A stretch of DNA of 64,000 nt from Phoronis australis (Eukaryota; Animalia; Phoronida): assembly GCA_002633005.1 (NCBI GenBank), contig NMRA01000065.1, positions 482,648 through 546,647 of the forward strand, written 5' to 3'. The translations under genes and the position numbers were made by a program. Every line of letters starts with the position of its first letter. The stretch's first letter is position 1. Below, one piece after another: positions 63,798-64,000 of this stretch. Below the pieces are notes generated by a model. The model had not been told where the DNA came from. It saw only the letters and a list, made by a program, of their open reading frames with translations, and made no database searches.

Positions 63798-64000
63798 TTA
63801 AATCAATTTTAGTTTTTTGGAGTATTTTTCGAACATGAACTGCATTCCAAACGGAAGAACTTAAAAATGTGAAATACCATGTCCTTTGAATTCAAACCCC
63901 ATCTGCTTGTACAGTCGCTGTGAACCGTCGTAGTGGGCAAAAGTCGATAGACGGATGCCCGAAAATCCCTTCCACTGGGCATAGCTGAGAGCTGCCGTCA
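63798..64000 (-). pseudogene. 3' end of a second NAT8-like GNAT paralog with an in-frame stop; 5' part lies outside the window
   Basis: Hand translation TAALSYAQWKGFSGIRLSTFAHYDGSQRLYKQMGFEFKGHGISHF*VLPFGMQFMFEKYSKKLKLI* aligns without gaps to the C-terminus of 56798-57463. TAA at 63863-63861 replaces TCA (Ser). Confidence 0.8.

Overview
AT-rich eukaryotic genomic DNA, probably from an invertebrate animal (inferred from spliced genes and TE types), from a draft assembly with an 812-N gap and single Ns. No prokaryotic features and no CRISPR array. Genes: (1) the first two coding exons of splicing factor SF3A1 on the minus strand, absent from the ORF track and joined by a U12-type (minor spliceosome) intron; (2) a PAQR5/mPR-gamma-like gene on the plus strand with a single coding exon, probably head-to-head with SF3A1; (3) a minus-strand intronless CoA-dependent acyltransferase (HHxxxDG, alcohol acetyltransferase/condensation-domain family); (4) a minus-strand NAT8/camello-like GNAT; (5) the 3' end of a second GNAT paralog with an in-frame stop at the window edge. 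The rest is transposon debris and tandem repeats: two Kolobok-like THAP elements, a CR1/L2-group LINE relic with nested insertions, a Hero-like RLE fragment, a TGT..ACA foldback element, TA-flanked Tc1/pogo-like elements (one with a HIRAN-like cargo), 5-bp-TSD MITEs, a tRNA-derived SINE and a repeat dense in CTCF-like motifs. Best leads are the co-oriented acyltransferase cluster beside a PAQR gene and the U12 intron in a major-spliceosome gene. All family calls come from motif recognition by eye; no searches were run.
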